Assembly: GCA_050115495.1 (NCBI GenBank)
Contig: JASFQK010000015.1
Location: 75,887-139,886, forward strand
Length of the DNA: 64,000 nucleotides
Origin: Phycisphaerae bacterium
GTDB lineage: Bacteria; Planctomycetota; Phycisphaerae; UBA1845; Fen-1342
Reading direction: 5' to 3'
Shown piece after piece: positions 11,070 through 20,538 of this stretch. The position numbers and the translations under genes were made by a program. Each line of letters starts with the position of its first letter. The first letter of the stretch is position 1. The notes under the pieces were generated by a model. The model did no database searches. It was given only the letters and a program-made list of their open reading frames with translations, and was not told the origin of the DNA.

Positions 11070-11447
11070 ATGTTCGAGCTCGATGAATCCCGCCGCGATG
11101 CGCTGCTGGAGCGCTGGGCCCGCCGGCTGGTGGACCGCGGGCTGGCGGCGCCGGCGGTGTTTCTGCTTGAGGCGCACAAGCCGCTGGCCGGGCTGTCGGC
11201 GCAGGCGCTGATCGCGTTTCGACCGCTGCTGACGCCGCTGGTGCCATTGGACGTCGGCGAACTGGCGGCGTTCATGCGCGACGTGGACAACATCGAGCGG
11301 CTGCTTCGCCGAATCGAGGAGCTGGAGGACCGGCGAACGGCGCGGCAGGTCATTCGCGGGCGCCGGGCGACCGAGGCTCGGCGACGCCTGCGCCGCATCC
11401 GCCGGTGGCAGCGCGACCGCCGGCCAGGTGGGGCAGGGCGGGCGTGA
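11070..11447 (+). CDS. Conserved hypothetical protein (PAVFLLE-x-x-KPL family)
   Basis: ATG at 11070; motif recalled as recurring next to DUF6754-type clusters. Confidence 0.65.
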   Translation: MFELDESRRDALLERWARRLVDRGLAAPAVFLLEAHKPLAGLSAQALIAFRPLLTPLVPLDVGELAAFMRDVDNIERLLRRIEELEDRRTARQVIRGRRATEARRRLRRIRRWQRDRRPGGAGRA

Positions 11448-11455
11448 AGGTACCC

Positions 11456-12010
11456 CTACTCCTTCGTGAACTGCACGCCGACGTGATACTTGCGGGCCGA
11501 GACGTACGTGCAGTGCCGGACGACGGCGACGAGGCAGGGCCGATCGGGGAGCGTCTCGAAGACCGCCCAGACGCGCGTGCCGACATGGACCAGCCGCGCT
11601 GACAGAAAGGCGAAGCCGCCGGAAGAGATGTTCAGCGTGATGACGTCCATCTCCTCCCAGCGCGGGCCGAGCGGCGTGACGTCCTCATACAGCACACGCA
11701 TCTGCGTGGGCCAGGGATAGCGCCGGTGGCGGCGCGACTCCACACGGCCAACTGCCGACGGCCGTTCGGCCTCGGCCGCCCCGGCCGCGACCGCCAGCAC
11801 TTGAGCTACCGGGGGACCCTCATCCGGCCAATCGGGGCCGGCGTACAGCTCGTCCACCCCCTCGCCCTGGAGAGCGTTGATGTCGGACTCGGTGACCGTC
11901 TGGCCACGGGACAGAACGACGCGTCCCTCTCTGTCCACTACATGGCCGGGGAGTGGGTCCCCCGCAACAAGCGACGCAGGGTCCACTCTCCGACGTTCGC
12001 TGTTGCTCAT
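11456..12010 (-). CDS. PilZ-domain protein (c-di-GMP receptor candidate)
   Basis: RRHRR and NISSGG PilZ motifs; N-terminal domain like the one preceding HD-GYP domains. Confidence 0.8.
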   Translation of the reverse strand: MSNSERRRVDPASLVAGDPLPGHVVDREGRVVLSRGQTVTESDINALQGEGVDELYAGPDWPDEGPPVAQVLAVAAGAAEAERPSAVGRVESRRHRRYPWPTQMRVLYEDVTPLGPRWEEMDVITLNISSGGFAFLSARLVHVGTRVWAVFETLPDRPCLVAVVRHCTYVSARKYHVGVQFTKE

Positions 12011-12235
12011 GCGTCACTGCCTGTCGCTCGCATCACCGTCCGTCCTACAAGTCGACGGACCCGCCCCTACGGCCCAGACTACGGACGTACCGCGTCTGGC
12101 TAGCAACATAGATCGTGTGTTTTCAGCAGGCACTTTCTGTATGGCGCTGCATTACCGCGCAATGACGACAGGGGTGGTCCGTGAGCGTTACCGGATCAGC
12201 GTGCCTGTGGCGCCCCTCGCCGCGCGTGATGCTGT

Positions 12236-14140
12236 TTAACCCCACAGCTTCCCCAGCCAGTCCTCGATCAGAAAGCCGATCCGCGGCGCCAGCCAGGACA
12301 GGCGCGTGTTCACCGTGTTGCCGAACATGGCCCCGAAACCGATCATCATCGCCATGCGCCCCGCGCTGATCGTCCCCCGCCCCACCGCCGACCGCGGGCG
12401 GAAGATAAACACGAAATACGCCAGGGATAGCACCGCCACCGCGACGAATACCAGATGTTCGAGCCTCGCCGGATCGAACGTGGTAACCCCCGTTTGCGTG
12501 TCGGTTACCCACGGCCAGACCGGCTGAATAGTGTCCAGAATCTGCGGAATAACCAGATTGGGCTGGTTCTCGAACTCGGGGCCGATCATCAGGCCAATAA
12601 ACGCGGCCACCACAAGCTGGTTCAACCAGCGATAGCGCTTCGAATAGGCGAAATACCAAAGCGCTCCCGGAACCAGCAGCAGCAGCCATAGAGCGTTTGT
12701 CCAGTGCCGGGCGCCGGTGAAGCCGCCGAGCATCGGTTCGATCCAATCCGGACGCAGAATCTCGTTGACCTGGTCCAGCAGGTACGCCAGTGCCCCGCCG
12801 ATGATGATGGCCTCGATGAACCGGTAGAAGCGATTGTCGCCGAGCAGGAACGCGAATACGCCCAGCGTCAGGAACGCCATGATGAACTCGCCGATGCGCG
12901 ACTCGATCATCTGGGCATAGCGGCGGTCAGCTTCGAGGCGGGCGACGGTGGCGAGCGCGGGCACGGACGACTCGGCGGCGACGGCCTGCACTTCGGCGAG
13001 CAGGTCGTCGCGTCCCACGCGTTCATAGCGCGGATAACTGCGCCCCGGCTCGTCGTCCGGACGCGCCACGCGCAGCCGGGCGAACTTGTCGTCCGCGTTG
13101 TGGCGCCACACTTCTCCGAGAACGCTCCCGCCGTAAAACAGGACAAAGGCACCGAACAACGTCCACATGAACCAGCGCGGCAGCGGCGGGAGCGGCGGGC
13201 GCAGCTTGCGCGGGTCGAGGCGCGGCAATCGCCCGCTGCGTTCGGCCCAGCGTGTGGTCAGCAAGGCGACATTGCCGACGAGCACGAGCAGCAACAGAAG
13301 CGACTTCCCGAGGCTCATCGAGTTGTCGATGGGCCGGGTCATGGGCTCGTCGGGGTCGAGGAGGCTGCGGTATTCGGTAGCGGCGCGGGCCGAGTTCAGC
13401 AGGCCGAATAGCTGGTTGGATTTGACGTAGGGATAGAGGCGATTGGCTTCGATGCCGAGCGTAGCGGGCCCGATAAGCAGCGACGGGAACTCGCCGCGGA
13501 CGAGGCCGGCGATATAGCGGCTCTCGTCGCCGGCGGAGCAGGTGATCACGGCTGACACGTCGGCCAGGCCGTGGAAGCGGGCGAGCAGCGGGTAGCTGGC
13601 GTCGTCGAGCAGGTCTTTGTCGTTGACGTAGTCGCGGCCGAAGATCTCGCGCGGGCGAGTGATGATCGAGCGGGCCTGCGAGGCGAAGACGGGGGCGTTG
13701 GTATAGCCGAAGTCGAGGTAGTCCTCGCCGTAGACCCAGGTCGGGATCGGTTCGCCGCGGCGCCAGGCACGCTGGACCTCGTCCTCGCGGGCACGCTCGA
13801 AGGCGGCCATGGCAGCGTCGTGGAACTCCGGCGGACCCATCGAGCAGATGAAGATGAACTTCAGCCGGCGGCGGAGCAGGTGGCGGACGAGCACGTTGAA
13901 TTGCGGCTCGTTCTCGCCGGACGTGCCGGGGCCCCAGTTGGTCAGGAAAAGAACGACCTTGTCGCGCTCGACCGGATCGGCGGCGATGCGCTCGATCTGG
14001 TCGTAGAACTTCTGCGTATAGGTGTCCGGGTGGATCGGCAGACTGTACGTCACCACGAACGGCACGCTCAGCACGGCCACCAGCAACAGATAGACGAGCC
14101 GGCGGTCGGCCGATTGCAGCCAGCGGACAACGCGCAACAC
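12236..14140 (-). CDS. Uncharacterised multi-pass membrane protein, apparent two-component fusion
   Basis: N-half DRRLVYL..YGEDYLDFGY..YPYVKSNQLFGLL; C-half LTLGVFAFLLGDNRFYRFIE..MIGFGAMFGNTVNTRLS; GTG start. Confidence 0.75.
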   Translation of the reverse strand: MLRVVRWLQSADRRLVYLLLVAVLSVPFVVTYSLPIHPDTYTQKFYDQIERIAADPVERDKVVLFLTNWGPGTSGENEPQFNVLVRHLLRRRLKFIFICSMGPPEFHDAAMAAFERAREDEVQRAWRRGEPIPTWVYGEDYLDFGYTNAPVFASQARSIITRPREIFGRDYVNDKDLLDDASYPLLARFHGLADVSAVITCSAGDESRYIAGLVRGEFPSLLIGPATLGIEANRLYPYVKSNQLFGLLNSARAATEYRSLLDPDEPMTRPIDNSMSLGKSLLLLLVLVGNVALLTTRWAERSGRLPRLDPRKLRPPLPPLPRWFMWTLFGAFVLFYGGSVLGEVWRHNADDKFARLRVARPDDEPGRSYPRYERVGRDDLLAEVQAVAAESSVPALATVARLEADRRYAQMIESRIGEFIMAFLTLGVFAFLLGDNRFYRFIEAIIIGGALAYLLDQVNEILRPDWIEPMLGGFTGARHWTNALWLLLLVPGALWYFAYSKRYRWLNQLVVAAFIGLMIGPEFENQPNLVIPQILDTIQPVWPWVTDTQTGVTTFDPARLEHLVFVAVAVLSLAYFVFIFRPRSAVGRGTISAGRMAMMIGFGAMFGNTVNTRLSWLAPRIGFLIEDWLGKLWG

Positions 14141-14142
14141 GG

Positions 14143-14997
14143 CTAGTCCCCTCCCCGGGCCGGCTCGGTCAGCCCACGTTCGAGTCCCAGCAGCACGCGC
14201 AAGCCCATGGCCACGACGGCGACGGCGATACCGATCTCCAGCCCCCGCTGCATGCCCGAATTCAGCACGCGGTTGTCGATGTCGGCCCAGTACGGCAGAT
14301 CGACCACGTCGTGCCCACCAAAGACCGTGTTCACGGCGGCACTGAGCCAGCCGCCGAGCGGGTCACTGCCGAGGATCACGACGGCCGCCGAGAGCATCAT
14401 GACGGTCGCTTCGAGCGAGCGGATGCGGAAGGCGCGGTAGGCGGCGTAGGTGATGTAGAAGCCGAGCAGCGACATGACCGTCGCGGCCAGCGGGCTGATG
14501 AAGTTGTTCAGGTAGAAGGTGCGTGGCTCAAAGCGATACGTGGCGTCGTATTCGTAGCAGCGGTTGACCAGGCGCAGCTCTTCGGGGCTGAGCGTGCCGA
14601 GCAGCCGGTCGCGCTCGACGGGATCGTCCGTCTCGAAGGCAGCGCGGTAGGTGGCCAACGGACCGGTGGCCTCGGCCTTGAGGGCGCGGCCCTGAGCGTT
14701 GAGGTGGTACTCCCAAAGCAGAAACGTCGTCACGGTGAAGAACGTCACGAAGACGACGATGGAGAAGGGCCACTCCTTTCGGCGGGCCAGGATATTGGCG
14801 CCGTGGACCCAGAAAAGGTTCACGATGCCCAGGCCGACGGCCATGGTGGCGACGACGTTGATGCTCAGCGACAGGCCGGTGCGGACGTCGGTGAGGTGCA
14901 GGGCGCGGCCGAGGCCGGTCTCATCACCGACGAAAAAGGCGAAGATGTAGAAGACGGCCCCCACGATGATCGCCGCCCAGATCAGTCGTTGCCGCAT
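14143..14997 (-). CDS. Uncharacterised membrane protein
   Basis: About 6 TM; SLLGFYITYAAYRAFRIRSLEA motif; tightly packed with neighbours. Confidence 0.75.
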   Translation of the reverse strand: MRQRLIWAAIIVGAVFYIFAFFVGDETGLGRALHLTDVRTGLSLSINVVATMAVGLGIVNLFWVHGANILARRKEWPFSIVVFVTFFTVTTFLLWEYHLNAQGRALKAEATGPLATYRAAFETDDPVERDRLLGTLSPEELRLVNRCYEYDATYRFEPRTFYLNNFISPLAATVMSLLGFYITYAAYRAFRIRSLEATVMMLSAAVVILGSDPLGGWLSAAVNTVFGGHDVVDLPYWADIDNRVLNSGMQRGLEIGIAVAVVAMGLRVLLGLERGLTEPARGGD

Positions 14998-15006
14998 GCT
15001 GTCCCG

Positions 15007-15915
15007 CTACTGAAACGCTTCCCGAAGACGCTGGAGGAACGCCGCCGCCGCCGGCCAGGCGTACAGACCGCAGCCCACGACGATGAGGGCGAGCACACAC
15101 AGTTTGAAGACGTCCTGGGCCCCGAGGCTGCCCAGCAGCGGCGGGTCCTGGCTGAGCTTCGCCGAGGCCGCCCAGAATTCCTCGCCGATGAGCGTGTAGT
15201 CGCACGAGGCCACGAAGAACGGCACCTGCGACAGCGTGTCGGTGCCGGCGATCTGCATGGCTTCGAGCGTCTGGCCGGTCTCGGCGAAGAGGAGCGAGTC
15301 GGCCTCCCAATAGCCGAAGTAGAAGCACGCCGCCGGCCGCTCTTCGAGCATCCAGCCCATCGAGCCGATGGCGAAGAAGAACTGGCCGCCGGGATAGAAA
15401 CGCACGTCCTCGGCGTGGAAGGAACCGATGGCGCCGGCGTCGATGTAGCCGTCGCGCATGGCGTTGATGTGGACGGGCATCGTCTCGGGATAGCAGCACG
15501 GGACGATGAGCCGGTTGTCGAGCTCGCCGCTGCGGCGGGCCACGTCGCGCAGGAGGGGCATCGCCGCGAAGAGTTGAACACGTTTCAGGTCGCAGGCCCC
15601 CCCTACCGTGAACAGCGTCGGGCGGCCCATCTCGGTTGCGCGGCTGACGGCTTCTTCGATCGCCGCCAGACCGGCGATCTGCCGGCCGGGCAGGACGTGC
15701 CCGCGCCAGGCGGCCCAGATACCGGCCAGCACGCCCGCGGAGACCAGCACCAGCAGCCCGCGCGGCGTCCAGAAGCGCACCGCGGCCCACAAAGCGGCAT
15801 CGTCGGACGCATCCTGCCCGAAAGCCGCCGCCGTCGTGAGCAGGACGAGCAGCAACGCGGCACTCCAGCGTGCGTAGTGACGTGTGGTAAAGGCCGAGGG
15901 TGCGTCGTGCATCAC
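15007..15915 (-). CDS. DUF6754-like membrane protein
   Basis: IAGLAAIEEAVSRATEMGRP, QIAGT, QVPFFVASCDYTLIGEEFWAASA; signal-peptide-like N-terminus. Confidence 0.75.
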   Translation of the reverse strand: MMHDAPSAFTTRHYARWSAALLLVLLTTAAAFGQDASDDAALWAAVRFWTPRGLLVLVSAGVLAGIWAAWRGHVLPGRQIAGLAAIEEAVSRATEMGRPTLFTVGGACDLKRVQLFAAMPLLRDVARRSGELDNRLIVPCCYPETMPVHINAMRDGYIDAGAIGSFHAEDVRFYPGGQFFFAIGSMGWMLEERPAACFYFGYWEADSLLFAETGQTLEAMQIAGTDTLSQVPFFVASCDYTLIGEEFWAASAKLSQDPPLLGSLGAQDVFKLCVLALIVVGCGLYAWPAAAAFLQRLREAFQ

Positions 15916-16067
15916 CTGCGCTCCACCCGGTCGGGCCCCTCGCCAATCAGCTCCGGCCGAGCATCGTCCCCGAAATGACGGCCGCTGTCGACACCCGGGA
16001 GCGTCCGGTTAGAGACCACGCCGCGCGGGGCCTTCCCGCATGGCGACTACGCTGCGGTAGGGCTGGC

Positions 16068-16096
16068 TTGACGCGGGGCCTGGCGCACGTTATCGT
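16068..16096 (+). promoter_or_regulatory. Sigma70 promoter of the abiE operon
   Basis: TTGACG-17 bp-TATCGT. Confidence 0.75.
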
Positions 16097-16097
16097 T

Positions 16098-16136
16098 GTT
16101 TGCATAAAGGGATGTTTTCTATCCCTTTATGCAAAC
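16098..16136. promoter_or_regulatory. Inverted-repeat operator, probable AbiEi binding site
   Basis: Perfect 16-bp IR GTTTGCATAAAGGGAT-N7-ATCCCTTTATGCAAAC directly downstream of the -10. Confidence 0.75.
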
Positions 16137-16153
16137 TAACTGGAGCAATAGGA

Positions 16154-16948
16154 ATGGCCGGACTAACCGTGGAGGACTGGGTCGACGCCCGGCAAGCTCG
16201 GGGAAAGTACACGTTCCTCCGCGCCGAAGCGATTGATGGTACCGGGCTCTCGGCCGAGTCCGTCAAGAAGGCCCTTCAACGACTGGCACGGCGGCAGCGC
16301 GTCGCGAAGGTCAAGAACTACTTCTACGTGATTGTGCCGCTTGAGTACCTCCACGCCGGCAGCCCACCTTCCTCGTGGTTCATCGATGACCTGATGAAGG
16401 CGATGGACCGGCCGTACTACGTCGGGCTGCTCAGCGCGGCCGGCATCCACGGCGCTTCCCACCATCAGCCACAGGAATTCCAGGTAATCACGGATCGGCC
16501 GGTGCGCCCCTTGCAGGTCGGCCGTACTCGAATCAGGTTCTTCGCGAGCAAACGCACTGCGAACACCGCCGTGCAAAATGTGAAGACGCCCACCGGCGCC
16601 ATGCGCGTGTCCACGCCGGAAGCAACGGCTTTCGATCTGGTTCGTTTTGCCAAGGCAGCGGGCCAGATGGACAACGTCGCCACTGTCCTGGCGGAACTGG
16701 TCCCGCTGCTTGATCCGCAGCGGATGTTGAAGGTGGTGCGCACCGGCGGGGACATTCGTAGTGCGCAGCGTCTCGGCTACCTGCTTGAGAAGGTCCGCGG
16801 GCGATCGCCGGCGAAGGCGTTCCATGATTGGCTCAAGCGTCAATCTCCTCGCACCGTGCCCCTGCGGCCGGGACGGGCAGCAGCCGGAGCCGAGGAGGAT
16901 CGGCGTTGGCACGTGCTCGTCAGCGAGCCGGTTGACGTGGAATCGTGA
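16154..16948 (+). CDS. abiEi: Type IV TA antitoxin, AbiEi family
   Basis: N-terminal wHTH, YYVGLLSAA-x-x-HGASH, VSTPEATAFDL, QRLGYLLE. Confidence 0.88.
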   Translation: MAGLTVEDWVDARQARGKYTFLRAEAIDGTGLSAESVKKALQRLARRQRVAKVKNYFYVIVPLEYLHAGSPPSSWFIDDLMKAMDRPYYVGLLSAAGIHGASHHQPQEFQVITDRPVRPLQVGRTRIRFFASKRTANTAVQNVKTPTGAMRVSTPEATAFDLVRFAKAAGQMDNVATVLAELVPLLDPQRMLKVVRTGGDIRSAQRLGYLLEKVRGRSPAKAFHDWLKRQSPRTVPLRPGRAAAGAEEDRRWHVLVSEPVDVES

Positions 16949-17817
16949 TTCCGCAGGCACACATCACGGCATGGCGTGCGATCGCCCCGTGGGGCGACGA
17001 CGCTCAGGTCGAGCAGGACCTCGTACTCTCGCGGGCGGTTGTCGAGCTGTTCGCCGATGCGGAACTGGCGGAGTTGCTCGCGCTTCGGGGTGGAACGGCC
17101 CTCAACAAGCTGTTCATTCGGCCGGCCTGTCGGTACTCGGAGGACATTGACCTGGTGCAGGTGAAGCCGGGAGCCATCGGCGGCGTGCTCAATGCGATCC
17201 GCCGGCGGCTCGATCCCTGGCTCGGCCGACCCAAGCGGTCGAGTGGCGAGGCCAGCGTGACCTTGGTCTATCGCTTCGAATCGGAGATACAGCCCGTCCG
17301 TCCGCTGCGTCTGAAGACCGAAATCAACACGCGCGAGCACTTCGCTGTGCTGGAGCACAATCGGCTTCCGCTGCGTGTAGAGAATCCCTGGTTCACCGGC
17401 CAGGCCGATGTGACCACATACGCGCTCGACGAGTTGATGGGAACGAAGCTCCGCGCACTGTACCAGCGGCGCAAAGGTCGGGATCTCTTCGATCTATGGC
17501 TGTGCCTGAATCGGGGGCTGCTCGACGCGGCGCAGGTGGTGGCCTGTTTCACCGCGTACATGAAGCACGAGGGGCGAACGATCTCGCGCGCCGAGTTTGA
17601 GCGCAATCTGTTTGAGAAGGAGAGCAACCCTGGCTTCCTGGGTGATATCGGCCCGTTACTGGCAGCGGGCGTGAATTACGACGTGAGCGTGGCACTGGCG
17701 CTGGTGCGTGACGGTCTCGTCAGTCGCTTGGAAGGCGACCCGTGGCGGGCGACATCGTCCGAGCCTGACACGGACAGGGGCCGCAGACCCCGCAGAGGCA
17801 AGGCGAGGAAGAAGTAA
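16945..17817 (+). CDS. abiEii: Type IV TA toxin, AbiEii nucleotidyltransferase
   Basis: QVEQDL, LRGGTAL, RYSEDIDL, KLRALYQR-x-KGRDLFD; GTGA overlap with antitoxin. Confidence 0.9.
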   Translation: MIPQAHITAWRAIAPWGDDAQVEQDLVLSRAVVELFADAELAELLALRGGTALNKLFIRPACRYSEDIDLVQVKPGAIGGVLNAIRRRLDPWLGRPKRSSGEASVTLVYRFESEIQPVRPLRLKTEINTREHFAVLEHNRLPLRVENPWFTGQADVTTYALDELMGTKLRALYQRRKGRDLFDLWLCLNRGLLDAAQVVACFTAYMKHEGRTISRAEFERNLFEKESNPGFLGDIGPLLAAGVNYDVSVALALVRDGLVSRLEGDPWRATSSEPDTDRGRRPRRGKARKK

Positions 17818-17856
17818 GGAACCACACCGCACGACATACGCCGCTCTGCCAGTGCA

Positions 17857-19314
17857 TCAGACCCGGACGGACGCCGCGGGGGGGCGGGTCGTGCCGAGGC
17901 GCTGGAGTGTGGGGGTAACGATGCGGTCGAGGTATTCGCGAGTCTGCAACGGGGCGAGGCCGACGTAGCGTTTGGCGTCGAGCACCTTCGCCCAGGGCAG
18001 TTTGGCGAACGCCGGGTCGGCTTGCAGGCGGTCGATGAGGTCGTTCGGGCGGGCGTGGCGTTTGACCTGCTGGCCGGCGGCCTGGCTGTGCTGGCGGAGG
18101 CGTTCGTGCAACTCCTGCCGGTCGCCGCCGCGGGCGACGCCGGCGAGGAGGATCTCCTCGCTGGCGATGAAGGGCAGCTCGGCGGCGACGTGGGCGGCGA
18201 TCGTCTCGGGATAGACGACGAGTCCATCGCAGATGTTCCGCAACAGGACGGCGATAGCATCGGCGGCAAGGAACGCTTCGGGTACGACGAGCCGCTTGGT
18301 GCTCGAATCATCGAGCGTGCGTTCGAGCATCTGCTCGGCGAACGTGTTGTACGCCGGAGCGACGAGACCGATGAGGAAGCGGGCCAGGCCGGTGGTCCGC
18401 TCGCAACGCATGGGGTTGCGCTTGTAAGGCATGGCCGAACTGCCGACCTGCGACTTCTCGAAGGGCTCCTCGATCTCCTTGAGCATGGCCAGGACGCGCA
18501 GGTCGTTGCACATCTTGTGGGCGCTGCCGGCGAGCGAGCCGAGCGTGGCCAGCACCTCGACGTCCACTTTGCGCGAGTAGACCTGGCCCGTCACCGGGTA
18601 ACACGCGGCGAAGCCCAGACGCGTGGCGAAGAGCTTCTCCAGGCGGGCCACCTTGCGCGGCGTGCCGACGAGGCCGAGGAACGACGCCTGTGTACCCGTC
18701 GCGCCGCGCAGACCGCGACAGCGCAAACCGCGGCGTAGGCCGGCGACGACCTCGAGGTCGCGCAGCAGGTCGCTCAGCCAGAGCGTGGCCCGCTTGCCGA
18801 CGGTGGTCAGTTGTGCCGGCTGCAAGTGCGTGAAGCCGAGCGTGGGCAGGTCGGCGTGCTTGGCACAGAAACCGGCCAGCACCCGGCACACCTCGGCCAG
18901 CCGCGCTTCGAGCAGCGTCAGGGCCTCGCGCATGAGGATGAGGTCGGCGTTGTCGACGACGTCCATGCTGGTCATGCCCAGGTGGATGATGCCGCGGGCC
19001 GCGGGGGCCGCGTCGCCGAAGGCGCGGATGTGGGCCATGACGTCGTGACGCAGCTCGCGCTCGTATTTCGCGACGGCCTTGAAGTCGATGTCGTCAAGAG
19101 CGCGGCTCATGGCCCGGATGGCGGCGGCGCTGATGGGGGCGCCGAGTTCGCGCTGGGCGAGAGCGGCGGCCAGCCAGACGCGCCGCCAGGTGCCGTAGCG
19201 GCTTTCGGCACTGAAGATGTGCAGCATGTCCTCGGACGCGTAGCGCGCCGCCAGGGGATGCTCGAACGAATCGGCCGACGGACGAGGCTGCGGGCGACGC
19301 GAGCGAGGGGCCAT
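17857..19314 (-). CDS. purB: Adenylosuccinate lyase
   Basis: RHDVMAH, IHLGMTS, GFTHLQPAQ, SSAMPYKRNP. Confidence 0.95.
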   Translation of the reverse strand: MAPRSRRPQPRPSADSFEHPLAARYASEDMLHIFSAESRYGTWRRVWLAAALAQRELGAPISAAAIRAMSRALDDIDFKAVAKYERELRHDVMAHIRAFGDAAPAARGIIHLGMTSMDVVDNADLILMREALTLLEARLAEVCRVLAGFCAKHADLPTLGFTHLQPAQLTTVGKRATLWLSDLLRDLEVVAGLRRGLRCRGLRGATGTQASFLGLVGTPRKVARLEKLFATRLGFAACYPVTGQVYSRKVDVEVLATLGSLAGSAHKMCNDLRVLAMLKEIEEPFEKSQVGSSAMPYKRNPMRCERTTGLARFLIGLVAPAYNTFAEQMLERTLDDSSTKRLVVPEAFLAADAIAVLLRNICDGLVVYPETIAAHVAAELPFIASEEILLAGVARGGDRQELHERLRQHSQAAGQQVKRHARPNDLIDRLQADPAFAKLPWAKVLDAKRYVGLAPLQTREYLDRIVTPTLQRLGTTRPPAASVRV

Positions 19315-19318
19315 GTAC

Positions 19319-20536
19319 TTAGTCCTCCAGCGCCTGGCGGACGTCGGCCACCAGGTCTTCGGTATCCTCCAGCCCGACGTGTAGGCGGATGAGCCAGGTC
19401 GGGTCGGGCATGTCCTTCGAGAAAAGCGTACCGCCGACAATGAGGCTCTCGTAACCGCCCCAGCTTACGCCGATGCGGAACAGCTTCGTGCGATCCATGA
19501 AGCGGTGGGTAGCCTCCCGGCTCTGGTCGTGCAGCTCGAAGCTGAACAGGCTGCTGTAGCCGCTGAGCTGACGCTCGGCGACGGCGTGCTGCGGATGCGA
19601 CGGCAACCCGGGATGATGCACGCGGCGGACGCGGGGATGCTCCGCGAGTAATTGGGCGACGGCGAGCCCGCTGCGCTGATGCTGCTGCATGCGCAGGGGC
19701 AGCGTGCGCAGCCCGCGCAGAAGCAGCCACGCCGCGAACGGATCGGGCGTGGCGCCCAGCAGCTCCATCTCGCGGAACACGCCGCGGCGTAGCTTTTCGT
19801 CACGACCCACGACGATGCCGGCGACCACGTCGCTGTGACCACCGATGAACTTGGTGGCGCTGTGCACGACCAGATCGCAACCGAGATCCAGCGGCCGCTG
19901 GAAACACGGTGTGGCCCACGAGTTGTCGAACATGGTCACCAGGCCGCGCTCGCGGGCGGCGGCGGCGATGGGGGCCACGTCGGGCATCTCGAAGCGCCCG
20001 CTCGTCGGGCTCTCCAGGTACACGACGCGTGTCTCGGGGCGGATGGCCGCGATGAACGCCGCCGGGTCGCAGCCCTCGACGAAGGTCGTCTCGACGCCGA
20101 AGCGCGGCAGGTACTGCCGCAGGTAGCGGTACGTCGGCCGGTAGACGCCGGCGACCGCGACGATGTGTGCTCCGGCGCGCAGGCACGAGTTGAGCGTGGC
20201 CGTGATAGCGCCCATGCCCGAGGCGGCGGCGAAAGCCCACGTGCCGTGCTCGAGTTCGGCGATCTTCGCCTGGAGGATCGCCGTCGTCGGGTTGCCGACG
20301 CGCGTGTATTCAAAGTGCGGGCTGGTCGGCTCTTCGCGCTGCTCCCAGGCGGCAGCATCGGGGTAAACGAACGTCGAAGCCTGGTAGATCGGCACGGCGG
20401 CGGCGCCGTGGTGGGCGGAGGGGTCTTCGGCAGAGTGTGTACAGATCGTCCCCGGGCCGGGATTGGGCACCGGATCATCCGTGGAGGGCCGGGGACAGAT
20501 CTCCACGCTTTCCGGATCGAAGTCGAATGGGTTCAT
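19319..20536 (-). CDS. PLP-dependent trans-sulfuration enzyme (cystathionine gamma-synthase/beta-lyase family)
   Basis: YTRVGNPT, SGMGAI, DNSWATP, HSATKFIGGHSD, GVSWGG, IRLHVGLED. Confidence 0.92.
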   Translation of the reverse strand: MNPFDFDPESVEICPRPSTDDPVPNPGPGTICTHSAEDPSAHHGAAAVPIYQASTFVYPDAAAWEQREEPTSPHFEYTRVGNPTTAILQAKIAELEHGTWAFAAASGMGAITATLNSCLRAGAHIVAVAGVYRPTYRYLRQYLPRFGVETTFVEGCDPAAFIAAIRPETRVVYLESPTSGRFEMPDVAPIAAAARERGLVTMFDNSWATPCFQRPLDLGCDLVVHSATKFIGGHSDVVAGIVVGRDEKLRRGVFREMELLGATPDPFAAWLLLRGLRTLPLRMQQHQRSGLAVAQLLAEHPRVRRVHHPGLPSHPQHAVAERQLSGYSSLFSFELHDQSREATHRFMDRTKLFRIGVSWGGYESLIVGGTLFSKDMPDPTWLIRLHVGLEDTEDLVADVRQALED

Positions 20537-20538
20537 TG

